A stretch of 59,684 nt of DNA, filler included, from Sluysia triapertura (taxonomy: Eukaryota): the NCBI GenBank assembly GCA_046118255.1. It is 5 parts of 5 records of this genome, joined end to end, with 100 filler letters (N's around TTAATTAATTAA, not from the genome) between each part and the next. Parts side by side here need not be neighbours in the genome. Positions count along the whole stretch, not along the records: positions 36,267 to 47,461 come from JBJNIA010187578.1; positions 47,562 to 59,684 come from JBJNIA010137284.1; 3 more parts are not named here. The stretch is one strand, 5' to 3'. Made by a program: the position numbers and the translations under genes. Positions 40,306-53,220 of the stretch are shown here, piece after piece (position 1 is the first letter of the stretch; each line of letters opens with the position of its first letter). The notes beneath the pieces were generated by a model. It saw only the letters and a program-made list of their open reading frames with translations. It had not been told where the DNA came from and did not search any database.

Positions 40306-41689
40306 TTAATTTAATTTATAATAAACAAAGGAAATAAAAGAAAATTAATTTATTAATAATCCGAAATAAAAATAGCAATAAAAGAACCATCAAAATTCGC
40401 AAACAGAGAAATAAATCTACAAATAAACGTAGACAAGACGATAACAAATTCTGAATTACACAAATCACGAGTATTGCACAAAAAATCAAATTCGAGTTAA
40501 GGATTTTGAATTTATTCAGACATATAGTTTCTTCCATTTTGTGGTAAGTTTTAATTAAATAGGGTTATTCTTCTTCTTTAAGGGAAGAATTAAACTACAC
40601 AATTTTTCAGCTAATTTAAGTCTAGCTTCAAAATCTCCCTAAAATATAATTTGACATTAAGTGAAAAGCCTAATATATTAATTTATTGTTTAAATATAAC
40701 GCGCTCTTTCTTACTCACGATTTAAACTCAAATTATTTATTTATAATCTGTCAGCTCTATCAAAATGCTTTTAGCTTCAAAATTTTATTCCTAATCTGTC
40801 ACCTTAGTAAACTCTTTATGTATTTGAATAGCTAAAATAATTTAGCTGAAACATGTATAAATTTAATTTTTTAATCAATAAAAGGAGATCACTCGATCCT
40901 TAATCCATAGAAATTAGATAACCAGATAAAGCTCTCACACACTGGGACTCGCAGAAATTCTGCCATAAACACTTTAATGAAAAATGTAGAAACTATTATG
41001 TTTCAGCAGATGTCTTGTAGCTCAAATTGACTGAAAAATTAAATCCATTTAATAAATAAAACAATACATTAACTAATATCATGAAATTGAATACTGATAC
41101 AAATAATTATTAGAGCGTATCCACTTATTCATACTATAAATCGGTTTCAAGCACCGCCTCTGGTTTCAAATTCGTCTGCTTACATAAAATAAAAATGTTT
41201 TTTAGGCATAATGAAATATTTTACTATTTACTTTTGATAAAACTAAAATTTGATATTGTCATTTTCATATTTATAAAAACTCAAAAATTATTACACGTAC
41301 GTTTAAGTTATATTAAAAACTATGTATCGAAAATAATGTACATTTATTCAAACAATTTTTACGAAAGTTTGAGTGTACGTTTACTTAAGTTACAATGTTT
41401 TTAAAATTAATGACTTTTTCAAATATAACTAACAATTTTCCTGGGTTTATTAAAATTAAGATAATATCATATAAGGAATTTATAACAAAGTTCACATAGT
41501 TCTTAAAACTTAGTTTCACTTCATTGTTCGTAAAAGAATCGAAATTAACTGTTACATTTATATTCTCATTTTCTTCTTCATTATCGCTAGATACCGCAAC
41601 ATCCTCAGCTTCATTATCAGTGTTGCAATTGTTTGAATTATCTTTATTATTTATCATTAAATAACAACCACTTGACTTTCATACATAAA

Positions 41690-42480
41690 ATTACGTTTAG
41701 TTAGGATCAATAAAAATCAATTTTTTAAAAATATTTTAATAACTTTTATTATTATAATTTTTAATTTTTATATTTTCAGATATAATCAAAATTGGATGTG
41801 ATATTACATTTGTAGCACCGCAAATTATGCATAGAAGTGAATTTGAACTAGCTATAAAATAACCACGTTTATTAAAAAATGGATCAGTTACATTATAAAT
41901 AACAAGCCAAATCTTTCAGTGTTTAGTTAAAATTGGTACATCATTTATTGACCATTCCATATTTTGAAAAGGAACGAAGAAATATTCCACAATTTGGTCT
42001 TTTTTTATTATGCATTAAAAAAATGTATTTTTAACAATTTGTGTGCAATTATCTTTAATGTGATAAATTATATAAATATCTTCTCTAAAAATGCATTCAG
42101 TATTAACATTGCACGTATAATAGTTGTAAGAACCGTAATCAATTTCTGTTGTTACATTTTCTGTAATTAATGTAATCAAATAAAATAAAATCATTGATTA
42201 AGTATAGGTTGAGAAGAGAAACTATTTATTGAATTCTTTTTCATTTTGTTTTAAATAATTTAAAGATGAAGTTGATAACGATACAGATGATAACAATTTG
42301 CGATTACTATGACTACTGTTGTTAGTATTATCATTTATTCGAGTTTTAAATGCGGTTGAATCTGACATACGAGCACTACAATAACGTTTTGGCACAGATG
42401 ACGTATTAGCTGATAATGACATGTCTTGTCTATTAGAACGATTATTATCAGGCACACAAGTTGATTTTGAATGAGACATT
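41690..42480 (-). pseudogene. Decayed unknown protein-coding sequence
   Basis: Long frame with few stops: YGSYNYYTCNVNTEC...WLVIYNVTDPF...LLCIICGATNVISHPILIISE. Confidence 0.35.
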
Positions 42481-45419
42481 GACTTTTGATTGATGATTTC
42501 TGTTTGTTGTAACGTGTTATAAACCCAAGAAGCAAATACATTATTTTGTTCTATGCTTTCCTTTCTTTTAATCGTTTCAAAAATTCTTAAGTTTAGAATA
42601 AATTTAAAGTATTACTTTAAAAGCTTAATTGTAAATTTAAGAATAAATTTTTATAGTTGATAATTAATAATATAGTTCATTATTTGAAATAATAAAATAT
42701 TGTAATTATTATTTATTTTATATTATAAATGTATTATTACAATATTAAAAAAACCTTTTATAATTTATTATACATTATTCTGATTATATCACCATGTTTT
42801 ATTAACCTTAAAATCTTGTTTTTAAAATTATCGTAAAATTTTTTTGAATTTAATTTTAAAATTTTTTAGAATTTAATTATAAAATTATTAGTTTTCAAAC
42901 AATAATAAAAAGAAAAGTACTTAAAAATAAAATATATTCTATAATTAATAAAAATTTAAATATCCACATTCTATCATACCTATGATACAAATTATTAAAA
43001 CACATTTAACATCTTGCAGAATTATTAGAAATTTAAGAATATGATTTATTTTACTAAAATTATATGTGAAGTAAGTTGCATGTTGTGCTTCTTAAGTATT
43101 ATTGACTTTTCGTTCAGAAAATAATAGCGCAAAAATAAATTAATCGTTATTTGAGTTGCGAGAGATTCAAGAAACTTATAAAATGAAACTAGAAAAATAA
43201 AGTTTTAGATAAAGCAAAATGCTGCTATGATAAACGAAAGACTGAGTAGTTAGACTGTTAATAGAATCCAAATAATCGGTTCGAGTTTCTGTAATAACGC
43301 GAAATAATAACTCACAAGGTATATAATTTCTTCAAATAAATATATACATCTCTAAACTCATAAAACAGTTCATCTACTAAAGTTCAATCATACTCACAAT
43401 CCTATAACATACGCATCACATTTACATCCAATATCATCAATTTACATCAACAGATCCATTAAACCTTAACCACTTTCAAAATTACCCACAATTTTTGTCT
43501 TAACATTAAATACAAATTTATATTTGTTAACGTCTTATTAATTCATTTCTATGGTCTGATTATGAATAAATTATGTAGAAGTTTTAAATGTATAATTCAT
43601 AGTGAATTTAGATTTAATAATACGAATAAAGTTCATATAATACTTGACGTAAAGGTTGAAATATCTATTAACAATTTAAGTTATTCTAGGCTAAATTCTA
43701 TAAGTTATTTACAAACATTGTTAAATTTGTATCATTTAGTAATAACTTTTAAAACATTATTAGAACAGTTTAAGACTAATTTTATATATCCTAACATAAC
43801 TTTACCAAAACGTTAATTATTTTTTATATATAACCTCACAAATATGAGGAAGTTAAATCTATTATATAAGGTTTAAACTCCATTAATCTCTCCTCAGAAC
43901 GGAATGGAATCTAAAAGATTAGAAATCTCATTCGAAGTATAATTGCATAAACTAAACTGGACAAATACACAATTACATTTATTTAATTACATTCATGTTG
44001 AATAATTGACCTCCACTATTCTTATTAAGTTAAAAATTTTTTTCTTTTATGAAAGTCTATAATCGTAGGCGAACTCATAACATTTTTATCTTTTATTGGT
44101 AAGATAACTGTTTCAAATTAACCCCTTCTAATAAGTTGAGAGGCAAATTTTTTGATAAGTAAGACTCAAACCCTTTGCATAAGAAACCTATAAGTTTCCT
44201 TTACTAATCAACAAAACTAGAAAAAGAGAAAATTCTTGCCATAAGTAATATTTTATTTTTAATAATAATAATTTTAATGCATTGATTTAATGCAAATCAT
44301 TGATACAAGTCGTTGATTTGATACAAATTAGTATAAATTCTTATTCATTTCAACCAGTGTCTCAAAATTTAAACACAATTATAAAACCGATTTTGTTTGT
44401 AGCTACAATTTTTAATGATGTTAATTAGTGTTTCGTTGTAGGCTCTATTTTGGAAACAATTTTTGATTTACCTTTTTAGAACTTAGTAAGTTGTCATAAA
44501 TCATAATTTATACTTAAATTTCTTTTATTGAGAATTAAAATCATAATTTAAATCAATTTAGAAAGAAAATAAATGCCTAAAAAGGTGTAAATTTAACATA
44601 TTTTATGAAAGCTTCTTGGATTATTTATCTTACAATTTTTATTATATATAATGAATTTGTGTTGTAGAATCGTACCCTTAAAAATTTCTTGTAAACTTCT
44701 TGCATATTCTATCGAAACTATAAGATATATTTAATTTATTTAGTTATTCAGATTAGTGTTAATTATGGACACACGACATAAGTTACTAATTCAATCAAAT
44801 TATTATAAATAAGATAAAAATATGTCTTTATTCTAAATATTCAATGTTAACTCAACAGTCAAATTAACACGTAATCTCGATATATTTCAAATATCACAGA
44901 AATAACAAATTATCATTTATTCTTTAAAAATAATATATAAATTCAAAATTATAAATCATTACTTCCATACAATTAATCAATAAAATATTCCAGGGTGACA
45001 GAAAACAACAAATATTGACTCCCTTATTAAACAATAATAAAATAATAAAAAATGTAGTTTACAACCGCAATAATAGTAATGTCGTTAGCAAAACTATGAC
45101 CATTGCTAAAGATAAATTCTCAAACATAGTGTTTACCACAAATGTGTTGAGGCAGTTTTCTTAAAGCTTTTTATTTTAAGTTTTTAAACTTGCCCAGATA
45201 TCTTGTTCTAGTTTCATTACAGAAATTGGAAAATGGCAATAATTACTTCAGATAATTATTCATTCTTTTTAAAAAATTTCAATAATTAAATTTAGACAGT
45301 AATTTCCGTCTGCTTCCAATTTTATTGTCTCCTGAAACTACCAAAAATAATTGGATTTGTGATGAACAATTCCCTTATCATTTGAACCTAACACAATCAA
45401 AATTTAATATCGTTATTAT

Positions 45420-46520
45420 GTTGGGATTGCCCAGTTAGTGAGTAGAAAATAGGTTAAGAGGTTAGAGAATATAAAATATGTAAGAAAAGTGATATAGAAT
45501 ATCTGTAGCATAATAACATAAGCATATTTCTAGAGCAAGAATGATGAAGAATGTTTACAGTCATTGTGAAACCGAAGAATACCTTAGAGTTCAAAAGACT
45601 TTTGTAGAGTAATAAGAATGGTATTAAAAGTATTAAAAGATACCCTTGAACTTTTAAACCTTAGGATTGTTTGAGAACTAGTTGAGTAACCTTCGAGTAA
45701 CATTGTAAAGTGTTTGGAACCTTTAAAATGTTCAATATTAATATCGTGGTTAATAATATTAAAAATGAACTTGATACATTTGTTGGGATACAAGCCTAAA
45801 GTGCCACGTAATATAATGGACTATATTAATCTAAAAAAATTGTTAGACGGGGCTGATAGCTCAGTGATAGATCATTCGAACTGTGCACGAGATCGATCCC
45901 GGTCAGTCCATTTTATGAGTCTAACACATTAATAATTGACATAAAAAGGTAGTTTGAGTGGTGAAAGTAAAAGCATCTAGAGCCCCTGAGTACCTTATAA
46001 AGTTTTTTAAAAATTTATAACCATAGTAAAACCATTAAACATAAAACAAAGTAAGTGAAACTAATTAATTAATTAAAATCTAAATGAACTTAATTAAGAA
46101 AAACTACGTTTCTGTGAATAACATTTGAATGAGGAATGCTATGTTCGTAAGAGATAGGGTTTGACAGAGTTCATGCAAAGAAAGCCTTCATATTTAAGAA
46201 AGTCGAATTTTAATTAAATTTTAAATTAAAAATGTCAAATTTTCCATCTTTAGAATGATGAAAAGATAATTAATTAAATACGAAATGATTGTTATGAAAG
46301 AGGAGAATTGAGATGAATTAAAAAATTAATTGAATTACAAAAAACTAAATTTAACTTCATCATTTTTGAAGTATGTTGATAATAATAACAATTGTTATTT
46401 TAATGTAAAAATAATTTATGAAAAAATACATTGAGTAGAGTAGAAGAAAATAATGGTTAATTGTTAATCGAATTTTTATGTTCCGTATCTAATAAAGTTT
46501 GTCAGGTTGTACTATGTAAT
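45420..46520 (-). repeat. Repeat family B, long copy, terminus TGTTGGGA
   Basis: Homology to 32110-32388 and 35030-36040. It is interrupted by the mini-LTR at 45781. Confidence 0.72.
45781..45926 (+). mobile_element. tRNA-containing solo mini-LTR, TSD CATT
   Basis: TGTTGGGATAC...GTCTAACA with catt on both sides. Confidence 0.92.
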
Positions 46521-46723
46521 TTTCAAAATTGTCCTATGGGTTTAATCTTCAAAAGAGGTTCTGATGATTTGTGTGAGAGTATTCCTGAGTTTGACACAAA
46601 AGTATAAAAGTGAATACTTAAAAAATTTAAAACAAAAACAAATGATATTAATGGAAAAGAAAATTTATTCTTGTCTAATGTTTTTAATTTTATTTTTAGA
46701 TAAGTTTTAAATAATTAATATTT

Positions 46724-47062
46724 AAATGGACTGACCGAGGATCGAACCCGAGACTTCTCGCTGAGCAATTTGATGCTCTACCACTGAGCTACCAGCCCCA
46801 TCTAACAATTTTATTTTATTATAGTCAACCACACCAAATGGCACTTTAGGCCTATATCCCAATTTGTCCTCAAACATCATATAAATCATTAATTCCATTT
46901 TCAGAAGGATATTCGATATGTAGGCTCACCAAATGTTAGACTTCGTAAAATGGAAATCGAACCCGGGACCTCTCGCTACGCAGTTCGATGCTCTACCATT
47001 GAACTATCAGCTCCGTCTAACAATTTTATTTTATTATGGCACCCTAGGCCTATATCCCAACA
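46724..47062 (-). mobile_element. Two-LTR TRIM with tRNA-derived LTRs (Helenus-like)
   Basis: 5' LTR 47062-46934 ends CTAACA, then TT, then PBS TGGTGAGCC. The internal region is 71 nt, ending in a weak purine tract GAGGACAAA. The 3' LTR 46862-46724 has eroded ends. Confidence 0.8.
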
Positions 47063-47331
47063 TACGTATTACATTTGAGAAAACCCATTTGACTTTAATT
47101 TAATATTGTGTACTATTATAAAATATTTTTTGGTTATTTTTTAAGGAATATCTTTCTAGTAAAATTGAAATAAGTTTTTATTTATTGTTTTAGGAATCCC
47201 CGTTTTAAATGTCATTGCGTTATAATATATAAAATCAATATTTTGGGAAATTTGTCTTTTGTTTTTTATAAAATACAAGGATCAATATTGTTATCAATTA
47301 AATTACATTCTACAAGTCCTGCATTTGAATA

Positions 47332-47461
47332 TTAACTCGTTCGCTACCAGCCGGCACATATGTGTGCCACTGTAATTCGTTACTAGAGACCAGCGGCACA
47401 TATATGTGCCAGTTAAACATGATATGTATATGATTTTTATTAATGAATTTTATAATACATA
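47332..47461 (+). mobile_element. piggyBac-like end with duplicated palindrome
   Basis: TTAA-CTCGTTC followed by ggcacatatgtgtgcc and ggcacatatatgtgcc. Confidence 0.5.
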
Positions 47462-47561
47462 NNNNNNNNNNNNNNNNNNNNNNNNNNNNNNNNNNNNNNN
47501 NNNNNTTAATTAATTAANNNNNNNNNNNNNNNNNNNNNNNNNNNNNNNNNNNNNNNNNNNN
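47462..47561. other. Assembly linker
   Basis: N44-TTAATTAATTAA-N44. Confidence 0.97.
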
Positions 47562-47722
47562 TAAACACATAAAAAAACCTGTGTAAAAAATATGTTGCTT
47601 ATATCTGTGCTTATAAAGTGATAAAAAGGTTTTTATGGCAGTGATAAAGTTTTAAAGTTATTCACATTTTTCTTCCCATGGGGGGTAAAATTACTCCCCC
47701 CAGGTTGACTGAAAAAGGTTAA
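47562..47722. mobile_element. piggyBac-like end
   Basis: Palindrome gggggtaaaattactccccc followed by ...AAAGG-TTAA. Confidence 0.45.
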
Positions 47723-48726
47723 TAAAATAATAATTAAACAATTAAAAATAGAACATAAACAACTTGATGTATTTAATAACACAAATTTTTAACAAACTTG
47801 TAACATTGAAAAGTAACATTAAAATACAAAAACACAAATGTATTGCAAATAATATATTATTAGTAATAATAAATAAATATTTAAATAATAATTATAATAC
47901 AACATTGTACGATGATAAATATTAATATAGCTATTAATTTTTAATACAAAATTATAATAATTAATATCAAATAAAAATAACTATGTTAAATAATCATAAA
48001 TTGATTAATTCATAAAAATTGTTATTTTGCACATTAAATAATTTGTATTTTTTGTTTAAATAAATATTTATAAACAATATAAGATTATTCACTTACGAAG
48101 AATAAAACGCAACAAAGAAAGGAATAGAGAAGTAAAAAAAGTGAAGAAACGAATATTAAATATTATATTAGCAAAAAATGCAAAATATTTGTAATGAATT
48201 ATTCAAAATTAATAAATTAAATGTTAAGAATAATGAAAAATCAAGTGTGTAGATCAATTATTGGTCCATTATTTGTTTGCTATTTTAATTTATGGTTATA
48301 AATGGCATACATATGAAAATATAGATTGAATTTGAAATAAGTAACATAGAAAATACCATTGAAAGTACAGAAAAAATAAATATTTGAAATAAACTGAATA
48401 AATAAAAATAATTTTCAGAAATAAAAACAGCCACAAAAATAAATAAATGAAACAAAAAGAATGGATATTTAGGATGAAAATAGATGAACATAGAAGAAAA
48501 TATTAATTGTATTGTTAAATATGTATAAAAATATTTGAAAATTTATTAATAAAAATAAAGAAAAATATTTTTCACTATTTAATAATGATAATAACGTACA
48601 AAAAGTGTAAAAGTTACAATTTCAATCAGAAAGAATAATTTTTAATAATTCAGTCGAGTTACAAAAACAATATGAAATATATTCGGTTTAAATCCTTAAA
48701 ATATTTAATGATATTTAATTAATAGT

Positions 48727-50200
48727 TTAAATATAAAATGATAATAGATTCATTGATTCTTGCTTATCATTAATATTAATTTTATTTATAATGTCTAAAT
48801 TATTTGGACTATTGACATTATTTACATTTTTATAATTTTCTTTCTGATGACTATAGTTAGTAGTACATTTATTATTAAAATTAGACAAACAAATATTTTT
48901 CTCAGCTTTTGAACATTTATTTTGTTGTTCATTTGATTTTACATCATCATTTATTTTTAATGTTTTAAAAATATTACATTTTAACATAATTTTCAACCAA
49001 TTGAAAATATGTAATCTAAAAGAATCTACAATTGTGATCAATAAAATAAATTTAACAATCATAATGAATAAATTAAGAAATTTCACTATATATTCCAAAG
49101 TTTCAAAACCCAATTGCCAGTTGCTAATATTAACATTATTTGTGACAGAAAATGGTAAATTTAAACTATTACTTGAACCGTAACCAACACGAAATCCTTT
49201 TTCAGTTTTAGATAATAAATAGAGATAAAATAAATATTTTATGAAATAATAAATCAAACGATGAAAAGCGATAATTGTATAAGACAGAGAAATTAATGAA
49301 AAACAAAAATTACTTTGTATAACTAATTTAGCATCCATAACTACTTTATTAAGAATGTCAAACAAATCATTGTGATTTGAATTATAATTTTTATTTATTA
49401 TTTGTTTATTTTTGTCAGTAGTTAAGTTTTGATGCTTTTCTTTCATCATTTTTTTCAAGCCAATAAAAGCGGTTACCAAACCGGTAATGAATGGTATGAA
49501 TTCATTGCAAACATGATCAGTGATTGACCAAATAAAATGAACGAATGTCGGATTTGGAGGAAGTGATGTCAAAAACCACATTTAAATGTACGTTTGAGGA
49601 TTCGTAATTGAAACACTTTTTATCGTTCATGGCTACATCAAATGTCCAAAAAAATTGATTGTTAGTATAAGAACTGCAGACAAAGTACAGACATTATAGA
49701 TCCATTATTTTTGGATATTATGCAAGTTCGTTTTGGAGTCATAAATCGACAATTATCAATTGCTAGACCAACATAAAGAGCAGATTGTGCATGTTTCAGT
49801 GTGCCACAAACCAAGGTAATAATTTGACACGACTGTTTCATGAAAATAAAAGCATCCGTAAATTTAACTTGATAAAATACTTCGAAAAACAAATCGCTTC
49901 CATTTATTACTACAATTAAATCAAGACAGTTTAGTAATGTTAATTAGTAACAGTGCATATTAAGGTGCAAGACGAAGTAAAACAACTAATGAGACAATAG
50001 AAAGAATCAGACCTAATAGAATGAAAATTGGTGTAATAATCTGAATGAAAGAATGAAATGATTGATTAAAGAAGTATTGATGCAAATGTACATGTTTCGA
50101 TGTCCGAATTGCCAGAATCGGTGTCATTGGTCAAAAAGTAATTTAGGTTTGCATCATAACTATGATAGTTTGTATCAATCCAATGAATACACGAATACTG
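48727..50200 (-). pseudogene. Rhodopsin-class (peptide-receptor-like) GPCR, frameshifted in TM1-TM4
   Basis: TM1 IITPIFILLGLILSIVSLVVLLR, TM2 LTLLNCLDLIVV, TM3 SCQII...LYVGLAIDNC...PKR, TM4 LTINFF-WT, TM5 WSITDHVCNEFIPF and TM7 FLNLF...DSFR. Stops and frameshifts occur upstream of the 284-aa ORF. Confidence 0.75.
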
Positions 50201-51499
50201 AACAATAACTAAGATCTTTTTCAAAGCAACCTTCTTGAAGAAACCGTATAATACTGATATTTTTTCTCCAACTTTATTTGGTAAACCACCACGTCCCATA
50301 ATATTAATTTATTAGAGTTAATTAATAATAAACTTTAAATTTATCAACATTCGCAAATTAATTCGTAAAATAATAAATACTCAAATAAATAGCTAAATTC
50401 AATTTACATATTACATATAAAATAGTGAAGTAGAGTATAGTATATTTAACTGGGTTTTGATTGGTTAAAATTTGTACGATGAAATTCTTTATTATTATTT
50501 TTATTATTATTAACTATTATTACATTATTATTATTATTAATCAATTTTATTATTATTCATTATTATTACTATTGTTGTTGAAATTATTATTATAATCATC
50601 ATTACATCAAAAACAAAAACGTAAGATATTTCTTTGAAATGTTAAAAATAATAATAAAGAAAATATCTTATCAATAAATTTTATAACTGTATTAGTCCAT
50701 AGAGAGCTTGAAGAGCAATGAAAAATTCCAGAACTGAATTAAAAACTATACAAATAAACAGACTTCATATTATGGTTTTATTTTTAACAAAGTTCATAAA
50801 AATAGTAACTTAAACAATCTAGTTTATCTAGTTAGACAGAGTTATGATTACATATTAATAATAAAACTTTTTTCGTAGATACCTTTAATTATTTTAATTA
50901 TCTTAATAAAAATAATTTAAAAAATAAGCCTACGTCGTTTGAAATCCAATCTAATGATATAAAATGAGATTTAGTTTAACTATTATACAGATAAAAATTG
51001 AATTCTGCCATTCTACAAACAATTAATGATAAAATATATTAAAAGCAGATATTAATAAAATAGGTATCTTATTTATCATATTTAGAAATAATTTTTAACA
51101 AAGGCATCGTGCTATGTTAGTTATCAAGATGAGTAGCAGAAAATTATAAATAATATAGTAAAAAGTTTAAAAAGTTCAATATTAATCAATAAGGAACAAG
51201 AAAAATAATTCAAGTATCGCAAATTTGCTGAGTTTAGCTTTTGTTTACTAGGATTTGCATGAAATACAACCTTAAATTTGTACATTACCATTTGACCTAT
51301 TTTTTACTATCTCATATTTTCAATTATTACGTTTTCTACAATGGAATTCATATACACTTAATTGTAACATTTAATAGTATTGCCTACAAAAGTCATTAAA
51401 ATCAATAATAAATAAGCAATGTAGTGTATTTTCACTATTGATAAGATTTATAAAATATTAATGCAATTTAGCAGCGAAGATAACAGCTAAAAAAATGCA

Positions 51500-53220
51500 G
51501 TCAGTTTATGGTATTATCACTTACGACATTCGACAAAATCAGAATGGTCAAAGGCGATTTGTTGGCTGCCTAAATCTTCACCATATCCCATTATAGCAGG
51601 AAATAATCAGGGATGCATGACGTTTCTTGTTGATCAAATGGCCAATTTAGAAATAATGAACTTTGATGCTCTTCCATCTTTGATTGATCTTCTTGAATTC
51701 TATCTTCCAATATGTTGTAGTTATAATAAATTAATCTCGATGTTTCATTTTAGCTTTTTAGATTTTGATGTGGTGTGGTGTGATATCTGTTGAAGGTTAT
51801 ATACTTAATTGTTAACTTCATATAAAGATAAAATTTTTTATCAAAATATGTGTACACCACAACCAATGTCTTTTTTAAATACAAATTTATTAAAAAATCA
51901 AAAATTTTCTTTAAATAATCAAAATTAGTGACCGAAAACCAATAGCGAAAAGATTTATTTGAATTAATCAAAATTTTTATTATGATAGTCTCGTAGATGC
52001 TTTTAAAGAAAAGAGATGTTCCATCACCTAAATAAAAATCAAAAAAGAATAATTAAATCAAAAGTATCATAAAAATTAATTACTTTAGATTTGTCCATGC
52101 TGTTGATCTTTAAAGTATTTGTTGCGCTTACATAATTTCTCTGTTGCGAATTAACTTGTAAACTGTCGACACGAATTCTGATGTTGTCTTCAAGGTTCAG
52201 TGAGTATCGATATTGTAGAGCCACTTGGTTTCCTAAAGCACAGAAGTTGATCAGACCATTTGTTATTATATGTTGCAACATACAATTGACGTTAACTGCT
52301 AGACTTTTATATAGTGTACGTATATCTGTTATCATTAAAGTTTTAGCCACACAAAGGCCCTTTATAGTTTTAATCAAAATGAGTCTTTTATAATTCTATC
52401 AACGTAAACTAATATATATGCATATCGGTTGTCATTAAAACTATATTCAAATAAAATCTTTCTATAATTTTATGAATGTTCAGTTTAACATGATCTGAAA
52501 AAGATTCATCTAATTTTAATTTATCATATATAACCCATAAAATAACATATGAATTTTGAGTTTCTATTCCATTATAAGCAAATACTTCTTTTAGTAATTT
52601 TTTTATACATAATATCGTTTTGAAAATAATTTATGGAAGCATCATCTATACTGTAGTATGTTTTAACTGTCATCGTCAAATACAGAAAATAATTAGTCTT
52701 TTTGATAAACAAATCTAAATAATTCTTGTAAACTCTTATAAAGTTCTTCAAACACATAAACAACCTTTTTTTGAGTTCAGAAATTTGATGGTAACATAAG
52801 CACTCATCCTTGTGCAAACAAGAAACGGGTTCAGGAACATCACAAACTTCAACATCATTTAAAACATAGTGAATCGTTGCACAATCAATCGAGCTGTCAC
52901 AAATTATAATTGTTTTTTTACTGTTGATGCTACTAGTGTACTGATGATGTTATTGCTGCTGGTTTTTATGAAATTTCTAATACATAACACAAAATGTATA
53001 ATTTTTTAATCACATAAATTAATGTTTAATCTGTTTTTATTCTCATTGGTCGTCCGACCATAGATATGAAAATAATAAAGAGAACGATACTGGTTGAACA
53101 ACCAGTAATAATGCAATTTAATTTTGTTTTGAAATGATTAAGCTGACACAGCCATCATCACCTGTGACATTAAAGTATGTACATAAATTAAAATGTTAGC
53201 GTTGATGATGGCAGATGCAA
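51500..53220 (-). pseudogene. Decayed unknown protein-coding sequence
   Basis: Consecutive minus-strand frames of 81 and 112 aa plus flanking frames, with Cys-rich parts and coding-like composition. No family was recognised. Confidence 0.3.

Noticed and set aside
41790-41840. DNMT3/ATRX ADD zinc finger (CIICGATNVISHP)
   Set aside because: The second CxxC pair is absent and there is no PWWP or methyltransferase context.
47332-47722. A single piggyBac element spanning the gap
   Set aside because: The two ends are not inverted repeats of each other and the gap join is artificial.
25625-50200. Stop-codon reassignment (TAA/TAG read as sense) explaining interrupted genes
   Set aside because: The GPCR and Polinton genes also carry frameshifts, and the intact eIF4E has no internal stops and ends in TAA.
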